A stretch of DNA of 62,869 nucleotides, the filler included, from Octopus bimaculoides (Eukaryota), in the NCBI RefSeq assembly GCF_001194135.2. It is 3 parts of 3 records of this genome, joined end to end, with 100 filler letters (N's around TTAATTAATTAA, not from the genome) between each part and the next. Parts side by side here need not be neighbours in the genome. Positions count along the whole stretch, not along the records: positions 41,805 to 62,869 come from NC_068981.1; 2 more parts are not named here. One strand, written 5' to 3'. Both the position numbers and the translations under genes were made by a program. The notes below the pieces were generated by a model. The model was not told where the DNA came from, made no database searches, and was given only the letters and a program-made list of their open reading frames with translations. Below are positions 50,821-62,652 of this stretch, in pieces (positions within the stretch are counted from its first letter, which is position 1; each line of letters opens with the position of its first letter).

Positions 50821-51339
50821 CAGCGGTGGGGAAACCCCCACCTGCGGGCGCAATTACCCCCGCAAGCCCATTTTATTTTGCCCACAGGCTGATACGCTCG
50901 TATGTACAAAATGTAGTAAATTTTTCAATTATAAAACTTATACAGTGCTCGTATGCCTATTTGCGACATAGGTCGCGTTTCCACGGTTAGACTCGAACAT
51001 AAACTCGCCCGGTATTTGCCATTTGAATGGAAATTTTGTTTTCACTATAAAACACATATTGCTAGGTTTGTACTTCCCCCTTAAGACACAGTTACACTCT
51101 AGCTGAAAAATATAGAATGCCTCATAAGTAATATAAGCGTCTTAAATTCAGTGGGGGTGTTAATGAACATGTTACGCATTAATTTAATCTCTTAAACTTA
51201 TCTTTATTAATGTATCTCGAATTATATATAGATATATACAAGATTTACACAGATATAAGAGTTAGAACTTGTAATCCACCCGCAGACCTTCTTTTCCTGG
51301 AAATTTTTGCCCACCGCACTAAAACGTTTCCCCACCCAT
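50821..51339 (+). mobile_element. Old hAT (Charlie/Buster-like) non-autonomous element
   Basis: Left end CAGCGGTGGGGAAAC, right end GTTTCCCACCCATA. The 8-bp flanks CTTTACGC (50813-50820) and CTTTACAC (51340-51347) differ by one CpG-type change. Confidence 0.7.
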
Positions 51340-51806
51340 ACTTTACACAGTCTATATTCATAGCAACAAAACACACCACAATGACCCTCCGATAATAACA
51401 TTTTTTCTCCGCAGTCTCGGCTTATTTTCTGTCTTACATTTGATAAGGGGAAGCTTTCTCGAAATATAATAAAACAATGACGCAACATATGTAAGGTAAT
51501 ACAATAGCTCGTCTTTGTTTATGTTTATTGACATCATCTTTCACACTGTGCCTAGCTTTGCACATACAAGCGTTGACACATGAACAACCTTGGCTTATAC
51601 ATATGTAATATATATAAATATTTTACAAGGTATATATAATATATATCTCTACATATGCTTATATATATATATATATAACATATATCTAATATATACACGC
51701 ATATAATATATAATATAATATATATATCTTTCTCTCCTTTTACTTGTTTCAGTTAATTCACTGCGGCATTGAAGAGACGCACAAACACAAATACATACAC
51801 ACAAAG

Positions 51807-51844
<38 letters not shown>

Positions 51845-51850
<6 letters not shown>

Positions 51851-52264
51851 AATCTCTGAGCGAGATGTAAACAGTAGCAGCACGACATCGTGAAGTGTAT
51901 TTGCCCCCTAAATGTGGCTAACCCTTAAGGGTTGATGCTACTGTAGCTCGTAGCTCCAGGAAGACATCTCCTCCAGCTGGCTACTGACACACTATCAGTG
52001 CCCTGTCAGTATTTGCAAGGGGAAGTCATCATTCCCATCTCGGGTCTGTGTGTATCACGTCAGGCTGGATATGGAAACGATGACATCCCTTTGCAAATAC
52101 TGATAGAGCACAGATAGTGTGTCAATAGCCAGCTGGAAGATATATCTTCCTGGGGTTACAAGTTACAGTAGCATCGACCCTTAAGGGTTAGCCACATTTA
52201 GGTACCAAATATACTTCACGATGTCGTGCGGCTATTGTTTATATCTCGCTCAGAGATTTATTAT
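51845..52264. mobile_element. ~420-bp fold-back element
   Basis: Arms 51845-52041 and 52068-52264 are about 88% complementary by eye, with a 26-nt loop. Confidence 0.95.
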
Positions 52265-52334
52265 TGTTTCCACTTTATCGAGATCAGTGACTTTTTGTCA
52301 TTGGTAAAAAGTGTATATATATATCTGCATTGAG

Positions 52335-52568
52335 AACCATTTCCCATCGCCAACCGGTGGTTGTCTCACGCTGATGACGGGTCAATACCCAGAAACTCGG
52401 GTCCGTGTGTATCACGTCAGGCTGGAGATGGGAACGATGACTTCCCTTTGCAAATACTTACAGGGCACAGATAGTGTGGCAATAGACAGCTGGAAGAGAT
52501 GTCTTCCTGGGGCTACAAGCGACCGTTAAGGATTAGCCACATTAGGTAGCAAATATACTTCACGATAT
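52335..52568 (+). mobile_element. Second partial copy of the fold-back element (apex + right arm)
   Basis: 52396-52568 is a direct copy of 52040-52222, preceded by apex sequence that is missing from the first copy. Confidence 0.9.
52367..52407 (+). ncRNA. Type I hammerhead ribozyme at the fold-back apex
   Basis: CACG-CTGATGA-C-GGGT(caat)ACCC-A-GAAA-C(tcgg)GTC-CGTG: complete core, 4-bp stem I, 4-bp stem II with a C.A mismatch at its base, GUC cleavage site after 52403. Confidence 0.8.
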
Positions 52569-52814
52569 ATATATATATATCGATGGGTAATTTGTCCCCA
52601 TTTTATACTTTTAATTTCGCGCATGCGCCTTGTTTGTTTTTGATTTTGTTGACTACACAGTATAGTAGAGTCATTTGGGAACCGTCTGTCAAAAAAACAG
52701 CACCATGATGCAATTCACTCTACCAGAAATTTAGAAATGACATGCTGTACTGCTCAGTATTCGCACTGGAAGCTCCAATACGAACAATTCAATGTATTTG
52801 GGTGTCAATATGAG

Positions 52815-52915
52815 GACATGTACCAAGAGTGATAAAAATCAAACAGCCAGTCAACATCATGGTGTTTGGAGTGATGCCTCCATTCATCTTCCCACACAGC
52901 CTCGCACTCAACGCT
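52815..52915 (+). mobile_element. Tc1/mariner-superfamily transposase fragment
   Basis: VIKIKQPVNIMVFGV-MPPFIFPH.L.LN resembles the DDE-domain segment K(H/F)PxxxMVFGV...MPPxIF, apparently with an internal deletion. Confidence 0.65.
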
Positions 52916-52937
52916 GTACGGCCGTACGAATTGTGTG

Positions 52938-52974
<37 letters not shown>

Positions 52975-53688
52975 NNNNNNNNNNNNNNNNNNNNNNNNNN
53001 NNNNNNNNNNNNNNNNNNNNNNNNNNNNNNNNNNNNNNNNNNNNNNNNNNNNNNNNNNNNNNNNNNNNNNNNNNNNNNNNNNNNNNNNNNNNNNNNNNNN
53101 NNNNNNNNNNNNNNNNNNNNNNNNNNNNNNNNNNNNNNNNNNNNNNNNNNNNNNNNNNNNNNNNNNNNNNNNNNNNNNNNNNNNNNNNNNNNNNNNNNNN
53201 NNNNNNNNNNNNNNNNNNNNNNNNNNNNNNNNNNNNNNNNNNNNNNNNNNNNNNNNNNNNNNNNNNNNNNNNNNNNNNNNNNNNNNNNNNNNNNNNNNNN
53301 NNNNNNNNNNNNNACACACACACACACACACACACAGTGTTAGGTGTGGTGTAATATATATATATATATATAATCATGATTAGTACTCCTTTTACAGACA
53401 CTTCTGAAACGATCCATTCCTCTCATTTGCATCGAATTTATATTTTGCCCCCAAGCTTTTTCTACGTATTTCGCAAAAAAAAAAGAAAAAAATCTGAAAA
53501 AAGTGAAAATTGAAGAAATTGGCGGGAGGGTGGGAATTAAAATTTTAAAATGCCATTTTCTTTTTGTTTATTTGCAGAATCAGAATTTCCGTATTAGAAA
53601 ATGGGGGATTCTGTATATATATATAAAACGAAAGGGGGTGCGGTCTACATTCTTCACGTCCGCCTAATACTTTGCTTCCATTTGTTAG

Positions 53689-53794
53689 ATATAGAAACAA
53701 ATGAGATGAATCAAATGCAACGCGATAGTTACGAGGCGAATTCTACGTGGCTAGTGCTTGAATACCAGCGACTGAATCCCTTAATTTGGATTAG
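53689..53794 (+). CDS. Candidate 106-nt internal exon (DIETNEMNQMQRDSYEANSTWLVLEYQRLNPLIWI), product unknown
   Basis: Branch-like CCTAAT, then tactttgcttccatttgttag|exon|gtacca. Only one frame is open. No homology recognised. Confidence 0.3.
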
Positions 53795-53925
53795 GTACCA
53801 GTAATGTACGGGTAGGAGGAGGAGATAATGCTTAATCACCAAAATATGTTGTCATGCGCCAAACGTTAGGTGTCTGTCATTTAGAACGGCCATGTTGGCC
53901 TTCATAGATTAATATGTACACGGCG

Positions 53926-53956
<31 letters not shown>

Positions 53957-53967
53957 ATATGTATATA

Positions 53968-54020
<53 letters not shown>

Positions 54021-54045
54021 AAACATACATATATATGCGTATGTA

Positions 54046-54091
<46 letters not shown>

Positions 54092-54521
54092 GTGAGAATT
54101 TACGAAAGACGAAGACTGGTGTAAAATCAGGATGTATATGTATATGTGTGCGTATACACACACGTACACACATAAATAAATATACATACATGTAATGAAG
54201 TAACAACTAGTGAAGAGCGAAACTTCACGCTCTCAAATTTTTCTGACATCTGAAGTTTTATCTCAACGACAGAAGGGAATGCAGCGGAGAAGGAATGAAG
54301 TGGGGAACACGGGAAGAGAAGGAGGGAGAGTGTGTGTTGTAGACACACACACACACACACGTTTCTGTAAGCTGTATGCATATGTTTCCGTGATTGTGTA
54401 CGTGCGAGTGTGTGTGTGTGTTTCCGTATAATGTGTACAGAAATGAACATGTAGATAGATAGATAGATAGACAGACTGACAAACATGCAGACAAGGAGGC
54501 AGACAGATGGATTTAGACATA

Positions 54522-54753
54522 CAGTAATCCCTCGACTATCGCGGGTGTTATGTTCCAAAACCTCCCACAGAAATAATTAAAATCTAAGAAGATATAAATA
54601 CTTATCGGCCGCAGAAACCCGTGATATACTGAGGAGTCCGTGATATAAATTTACATATATTAGCCAGAAAAAATCCACGTTGTACTGAGTGCAGGTGAAC
54701 CGCGATGTACTGAGTGCGCAATAGGTGAACCGCGATATGGCGAGGGATTACTG
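54522..54753. mobile_element. pogo/Tigger-type MITE
   Basis: TA|CAGTAATCCCTCG...CGAGGGATTACTG|TA: perfect 13-bp TIRs extending into TATCGCGG/CCGCGATA, TA target-site duplication. Confidence 0.95.
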
Positions 54754-55261
54754 TAGATAGCTAGATAGATAGATAAACAGATAGATAGAGAGATAGATAC
54801 ATAGATAGATAGATAGAGAGAGAGATAGATAGATAGAGTAGACAGATACACGCACGCACGGACAAAGACAAGCAGACAGATAAGTTAGATTAACAGAATT
54901 AACGTAACACGGGATATCAAAGGATACTGTGACTCGCTGATAATCGTTCTTAATCTTCTTTCACCTTCTGAAAGATTTGTTAGCGAGATTAGTAAATAGC
55001 AATGTGTTGTATATGTGTGTGTTGTTGTGTATGTGTATATCCGTTTTTACTTGTTTGTTTGTGTGTGTGTGTGCGCGCATGCGTTTTTATTTGTGCGTGT
55101 GTGTAGTTTTATTTGCGCGTGTGTGTGTGTGTGTGTGCGTTTTCATGTGCGTGTGGTTTTTCATGTGTGTGTGCGTTTTCATGTGTGTGTGTGTTCACTA
55201 GATATCGGAATAGTTTGCTAGATTGTAAAGACGAGACGGTCAAAGTTATATTCGTTCCAAA

Positions 55262-55450
55262 TTTTGGCACAAGGCCAGCAATTTCGGGAGCGAGGGGCAT
55301 GTCGTTTACATTGTCCCATGTGCTCATCTGCTTCTTATTTTATCGACCCCGAAAGGATGAAAGGCAAAGTCGACTTTGGCAGAATTTGAACTCGGAAAGT
55401 AAAGACGGACGAAATGCTTAACAGCATTCCATCCAGCTCGTTGCCTTTAT
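55262..55450 (-). mobile_element. SINE family 2, diverged
   Basis: TTTATCGACCCCGAAAGGATGAAAGGCAAAGTCGACTTTGGCAGAATTTGAACTC. Confidence 0.85.
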
Positions 55451-55759
55451 AGTGAAAGTAATATTGAAGCGTTTCACCGACTGGCTTCTTGTTCAGGGAT
55501 AATGTTGTGATCTCGGTCACGAATACGCGATAGAAACCAGGTAGCAGGCCCTATCAGTCTTGGCCCTTGAGACAGTAATAGCCAGGATTTGAAGATGATG
55601 ATGAGTCACATGCTAAGTTCTATTCCTGTAAAATTTTTCAATCTGTTTCCCAAGAATATATCACAGTTTTTGTATGCCTCATAACCAAACCTCCTCAATC
55701 TCTCTACTACTGCCAACTATCGACCAATCACCCTCTCTTCCAATATCCCCAAATTTATG

Positions 55760-56110
55760 TTATTTACAATGGACGGATAGGTTTGTTGTTACCACAACGT
55801 TTCGGCTGATGTACTCTCCAGACTTCATCAGGTGTTCTGGTGCAATTTCGAACCCAACCCTTTATTTGACAAATGGGGCACACTATCCACATTCCTAAGG
55901 TAGGTTGCTGATGTTATTTTTCCTTTACTATTATTTTTCAAGACCCTGACTGGAATTAAGCTTAGAATCCGAGTATTAGTAGCCCGCGCTCCAGAACACC
56001 TAATGAAGGCTGGAGAGTACATCAGCCGAAACGTTGTGATAACAATAAACATGATGAGGATACATATCCGTCCATTGTAAATAATGTACATAATTCCTCA
56101 TTCCCAAAAT
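55760..56110 (-). mobile_element. Short copy of the Penelope 3' module with an inverted pseudo-LTR
   Basis: Arms 55760-55840 and 55991-56084 are inverted copies. Between them is a clipped tRNA-like module (AGCGCGGGCTACTAA, 55937-55990). HHR folds at 55792-55835 (minus, core CUGAUGA intact) and 55996-56038 (plus, core CUAAUGA mutated). Confidence 0.88.
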
Positions 56111-56184
56111 ATAGAATAGTATCGCAAAATTTGTTTTAAAATGCATATCTCCTTCATCACTATGAATGAGTCCGGCTTCCTCAG

Positions 56185-56535
56185 CAGGCGTGGCTGAGTC
56201 GTACTGCCTGCCATGCAGTTGGTTATTGGTTCAGACCCAGTGTATGGCACTTTTGGTTAGCGTCTTCTGCTATAACCTCAATGCAACCAAAAACTTATGA
56301 ATGGATTTGGTAAACGAAAACTGAAAGAAGCCCGTCGTACATTCTCTTATTCTTTTATTTCTGTCAGTCATTTGACTGCGGACATGCTGGAGCACCGCCT
56401 TTAGTCGAACGAATCGACCCCAGGACTTATTCCTTGTAAGCCTAGTACTTATTCTATCAGTCTCTTTTGCTGAACCGCTAAGTTACGGGAACATAAACGC
56501 ACCAACATTGGTTGTCAAGCGATGGTGGGGGAACG

Positions 56536-56581
<46 letters not shown>

Positions 56582-56990
56582 ACGGACTTCTTTCAGTTTC
56601 CGTCTACCAAATCCACTCACAAGGCTTTGATCGGCCCGAGGCTATAGTAGAATACACTTTGCTGAAGGTGCCACGCAGTGGGACTGAACCCGGGACCATA
56701 TGGTTGGAAAGCAAGCTTCTTACCACACAGCCACATACATACATTACATACATACATACACGTGTATGTGTGTCCTTGTGTCTGTATTTGTCTACCCCCA
56801 CCGCTTGAAAACCGGCGTTGGTGTATTTACACCTCAGTAACATAGCGGTTCGACAAAAGAGACCGGTAGGATAGGTACGTGGCTTAATAAATATATAATG
56901 AATTCTATTCGTTCTACTAAAACCCTTCGAGGATGTGCTCCAGCATGGCTGCAATGCAGTGTAATGACTAAAACATGCAAGAAAAATAAA
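56185..56990. mobile_element. Cluster of three CORE-domain SINE pieces (+ head 56185-56340, - full length 56345-56735, + tail 56770-56990)
   Basis: The full copy has the tRNA head, GGCACCTTCAGCAAAGTGTATT CORE, an internal (CA)n and the complete tail. Confidence 0.9.
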
Positions 56991-58094
56991 TGAACAGATC
57001 AACAGGAACTATATTTATCGCAAATTTGCTTTGTATATCTCATCCCAGGGGATGATGCTTAAGAGGCCCGGACGAACCCTCACCCACGCAACTCGTGGAA
57101 ACCTAATTATCTAACATATCTCTCAAAATTTTTGTAAATTACACAGCTTATGATGTGTAAATAATTAAATAATTGAAACCTCAATCGGTCGACATCCCGG
57201 CTACGCCCATGTACGCAAGCCTTCTTTCACACTGGCCCCGCCGACTCACACATACGAATATATATANNNNNNNNNNNNNNNNNNNNNNNNNNNNNNNNNN
57301 NNNNNNNNNNNNNNNNNNNNNNNNNNNNNNNNNNNNNNNNNNNNNNNNNNNNNNNNNNNNNNNNNNNNNNNNNNNNNNNNNNNNNNNNNNNNNNNNNNNN
57401 NNNNNNNNNNNNNNNNNNNNNNNNNNNNNNNNNNNNNNNNNNNNNNNNNNNNNNNNNNNNNNNNNNNNNNNNNNNNNNNNNNNNNNNNNNNNNNNNNNNN
57501 NNNNNNNNNNNNNNNNNNNNNNNNNNNNNNNNNNNNNNNNNNNNNNNNNNNNNNNNNNNNNNNNNNNNNNNNNNNNNNNNNNNNNNNNNNNNNNNNNNNN
57601 NNNNNNNNNNNNNNNNNNNNNNNNNNNNNNNNNNNNNNNNNNNNNNNNNNNNNNNNNNNNNNNNNNNNNNNNNNNNNNNNNNNNNNNNNNNNNNNNNNNN
57701 NNNNNNNNNNNNNNNNNNNNNNNNNNNNNNNNNNNNNNNNNNNNNNNNNNNNNNNNNNNNNNNNNNNNNNNNNNNNNNNNNNNNNNNNNNNNNNNNNNNN
57801 NNNNNNNNNNNNNNNNNNNNNNNNNNNNNNNNNNNNNNNNNNNNNNNNNNNNNNNNNNNNNNNNNNNNNNNNNNNNNNNNNNNNNNNNNNNNNNNNNNNN
57901 NNNNNNNNNNNNNNNNNNNNNNNNNNNNNNNNNNNNNNNNNNNNNNNNNNNNNNNNNNNNNNNNNNNNNNNNNNNNNNNNNNNNNNNNNNNNNNNNNNNN
58001 NNNNNNNNNNNNNNNNNNNNNNNNNNNNNNNNNNNNNNTATATAATTGAGATTCAGTGAAATTAGGTACTTGAGTTGAAACAGCAAGTCAGTGC

Positions 58095-58314
58095 CAGAAC
58101 TATGCGAAGTAAATGCAAAGCAAATCACAAGAAAACAAATATATATATATGTAGACTAACCTTGTATTCAATATTTCGGGGTTATGATTGGCAACATTCG
58201 TTAATTTCTTGAAAATGGGTCATAACCCCGAAATATTGAATACAAGGTAAGTCTACAATAATACAAATATTTGTTTTCTTGTGATTTGCCTTGCATTTCC
58301 CTCGCATTGTTCTG
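58095..58314. repeat. 220-bp palindrome (fold-back MITE-like)
   Basis: Arms 58095-58187 and 58220-58314, perfect 29-bp inner core ACCTTGTATTCAATATTTCGGGGTTATGA, 32-nt loop. Confidence 0.92.
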
Positions 58315-58573
58315 ATCTTACCCACGATCCTTTATATATATGTGTGTGTGTTTGTCTCCCATCGCCGTTGAAACCGGTGTTGGTTCCCCCGTAACTTAGC
58401 GGTTGGATTTACTATATATATATGTATATGGAAAGGGTGAGAAAGGAAGTCTGATGATTGGTTGGAAATGCGCAGTGCGCTGTACAAGCTTGTGAGGCCA
58501 TCCTATTTTCAGAGGCATTGAAACTGATAGGAGCTGGAATTTCAAACCCTATATGAATTAAATTATACATATG

Positions 58574-58605
<32 letters not shown>

Positions 58606-58659
58606 ATATCGAGGTCTCTTTCATTGTTTTGTTGTCTTGCCATTTCTATCGATATATAT

Positions 58660-58662
58660 GTA

Positions 58663-58758
<96 letters not shown>

Positions 58759-59201
58759 CATATATATATGTATATGTATATATATATACGTATATGTATA
58801 TATATATGGTTATCGCCAAGCCAACATGGCAGTCCCAAAATTAGGACGAAAGCTGCCGTGAATTAGCTCCAAGAAGCCATCGCCTCTAGCTAGCTATGTG
58901 ACACACATATACATATATATGTATATGTATATATATATGTATGTATATGTATATATGTATATGTATGTATATATATGTGTATATATATGTGTGTGTGTAT
59001 ATATATATGTATGTGTATGTATGTATATATGTATGTATGTATATAAGTACATGTATGTATGTATATATATATGTATGTGTATGTATATATATGTTTGTAT
59101 ATATATATATATGTACGTATGTATGCGTATATGTATGTATTCAAAGATATATATGTACATAAATGTATATATGAAATTCGATATATGTACATAAATGTAT
59201 G

Positions 59202-59248
<47 letters not shown>

Positions 59249-59310
59249 TACACACATATATACATACACACACATACACACATATATACACACACACACA
59301 TACACATGTA
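58660..59310. repeat. (TA)n/(TATG)n/(CA)n compound microsatellite
   Basis: Direct reading. It is the source of the poly-IY/YM ORFs in the track. Confidence 0.95.
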
Positions 59311-59609
59311 TTTGTAAATCGCAGCACCTCGTGAAAAGAAAGTTCTGTTTATAATGTGTTGTATCGTGTGTGTATTTATATGTGTTTTTTTATGAATGAG
59401 ATAAACCAGCCCCGTATCTTGATTAATTGCTCATGAATCTGTAGTCAAATCGACAAGACTTGACCGCGGACATAACACGAACGACCGTAACTGCCCCCAT
59501 GGCGATAGGACACGTGTGGTGCGTGCTATGGTCAGGTGATATCCATACAGGCTCCAACATTGAACTCATAATGAACGAGGCGCGCGCGCACATACAGACA
59601 CACACACAC

Positions 59610-59652
<43 letters not shown>

Positions 59653-60638
59653 GTCAAAACATAGGCATGCACACATTACTGTAATTTCATTGTAGTAACA
59701 ATGGTCACAATGAAATAGTAAAAGAAAGGATCTGCTTTTGTTTCTTTAGCGACAACAGCTACTGAGTGGTCATTGAATGGAAAAATCATCTGTCAGGCTC
59801 TCACTGAGTTTGTTTTNNNNNNNNNNNNNNNNNNNNNNNNNNNNNNNNNNNNNNNNNNNNNNNNNNNNNNNNNNNNNNNNNNNNNNNNNNNNNNNNNNNN
59901 NNNNNNNNNNNNNNNNNNNNNNNNNNNNNNNNNNNNNNNNNNNNNNNNNNNNNNNNNNNNNNNNNNNNNNNNNNNNNNNNNNNNNNNNNNNNNNNNNNNN
60001 NNNNNNNNNNNNNNNNNNNNNNNNNNNNNNNNNNNNNNNNNNNNNNNNNNNNNNNNNNNNNNNNNNNNNNNNNNNNNNNNNNNNNNNNNNNNNNNNNNNN
60101 NNNNNNNNNNNNNNNNNNNNNNNNNNNNNNNNNNNNNNNNNNNNNNNNNNNNNNNNNNNNNNNNNNNNNNNNNNNNNNNNNNNNNNNNNNNNNNNNNNNN
60201 NNNNNNNNNNNNNNNNNNNNNNNNNNNNNNNNNNNNNNNNNNNNNNNNNNNNNNNNNNNNNNNNNNNNNNNNNNNNNNNNNNNNNNNNNNNNNNNNNNNN
60301 NNNNNNNNNNNNNNNNNNNNNNNNNNNNNNNNNNNNNNNNNNNNNNNNNNNNNNNNNNNNNNNNNNNNNNNNNNNNNNNNNNNNNNNNNNNNNNNNNNNN
60401 NNNNNNNNNNNNNNNNNNNNNNNNNNNNNNNNNNNNNNNNNNNNNNNNNNNNNNNNNNNNNNNNNNNNNNNNNNNNNNNNNNNNNNNNNNNNNNNNNNNN
60501 NNNNNNNNNNNNNNNNNNNNNNNNNNNNNNNNNNNNNNNNNNNNNNNNNNNNNNNNNNNNNNNNNNNNNNNNNNNNNNNNNNNNNNNNNNNNNNNNNNNN
60601 NNNNNNNNNNNNNNNNNNNNNNNNNNNNNNNNNNNNNN

Positions 60639-60732
<94 letters not shown>

Positions 60733-61269
60733 GTGGATACATGTTTGTCTAGTTTTCTCGCTTTATTTTCGTACTTGCCTTTGGTAGTTCTCTTTTTTTT
60801 TATTCGCTGATGAGCGTAGTCGAGCACACGAAACCTTTAGGAAGAAAGAAAATATCTCAGTTTATTAACATACAGATTTTACGCACGTCTATCATTTATT
60901 ACGCGATGATTGTATTCCGTTGTATATTTGTGCGAGGAAACAATTCTATAATTCATTTTATTAATGTCAGTTTTTGGACTGTGGCCATACTGGAGCACGA
61001 GATTTAAAGGGTTCTTAGTCGATCATAGCAACCCGTCATTACTTTGGTACTAATTTTATCGAAAGGTTAGATTCAGTTGAAGCTTAAAGGGACATAATGC
61101 ACACTGAATAAATTACAATAGATTATTTTTAGCATTTATGTATCGGCAATACTTACCGGTGTGCCTAAGCACACACGCGCGTGCGCATTTATATAATTCT
61201 CTGTTTTTGGTGAAACTTTGCAAACTACTGTTTATATTAATTTCATATATATATATATCCCCTTCACTG

Positions 61270-61307
<38 letters not shown>

Positions 61308-61671
61308 NNNNNNNNNNNNNNNNNNNNNNNNNNNNNNNNNNNNNNNNNNNNNNNNNNNNNNNNNNNNNNNNNNNNNNNNNNNNNNNNNNNNNNNNNNNNN
61401 NNNNNNNNNNNNNNNNNNNNNNNNNNNNNNNNNNNNNNNNNNNNNNNNNNNNNNNNNNNNNNNNNNNNNNNNNNNNNNNNNNNNNNNNNNNNNNNNNNNN
61501 NNNNNNNNNNNNNNNNNNNNNNNNNNNNNNNNNNNNNNNNNNNNNNNNNNNNNNNNNNNNNNNNNNNNNNNNNNNNNNNNNNNNNNNNNNNNNNNNNNNN
61601 NNNNNNNNNNNNNNNNNNNNNNNNNNNNNNNNNNNNNNNNNNNNNNNNNNNNNNNNNNNNNNNNNNNNNNN

Positions 61672-61711
<40 letters not shown>

Positions 61712-62591
61712 TCCTCCTTGACGCTGTTGTTGCTCACACGTGACCAACGGCTATCTATCTTTCTTCCACTTCCTTCCTAAAGACAAGACGTGCGTTTGCC
61801 TGTCTCTTCTCAAAGCTCGTTTCTCCAGCGTTCACCGTTTGTTTATACTGTTTTTTTCTTAATGTCATATTTTTGTTACCACTTTAACCTCCTGCAAAAA
61901 ATCTCAAATTTTATTTAATTTGCTTTGCGAGAAGGACCGATTCAACGAAGTCTTGTCCCTACCTTCGAAACGTGGAATAGATGAAAGGAATGTTCTTTAC
62001 GCTGCCCGTCTCGTTTCTCGATTTCTTTCTTTCGTTGTTCAAAAAAGTTCGTTTTCTATGTTTTTGTTTTTTATGTTCCCGTTCCTCAGTTCATTCGCAT
62101 TTTTTGACGTCCTCTACCCATATATGCATCTATATAGACATATATATGTAGGTATGGACATAGATGTATGTATATATGCATATATTTATGTCATATTATA
62201 CATATACAGATATATATATATATAGCAGCAGTTTGCAATGTTTCACCAGAAACAGAATTATATAAATACGTGTGTGTGTGCTTCTTATGTGTCCGTTTGT
62301 GAATTGGTGTGTATTTAGGTACAACGGTAAGTATTGCCGATACATGGGTTTTATTGACATGTATTTTTTATGTATATTTATATATATATATATATTTATG
62401 TTTTATAAATATTAAAAAAAACATTCACATGTGTCGATATGTATTAATATATGTATACGCATTTTAAGTCGAATTTATAACTGTGTGAGTATGATTGCCT
62501 AATTTGAGTTTATATCTTAATTCCTGCCATTTGTCTCGGGTTCAACCCGAGCACTCCTTAAGTAGTTCTATATTTTTGTAAGAAAGGACAA

Positions 62592-62645
<54 letters not shown>

Positions 62646-62652
62646 ATTCGCC

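Noticed and set aside
60805-60845. CTGATGAG...GAAAC as a hammerhead
   Set aside because: Stem II is poor, and there is no NUH site or stem I partner. CTGATGA near 17036 and 48276 likewise lacks a stem II-GAAA arrangement.
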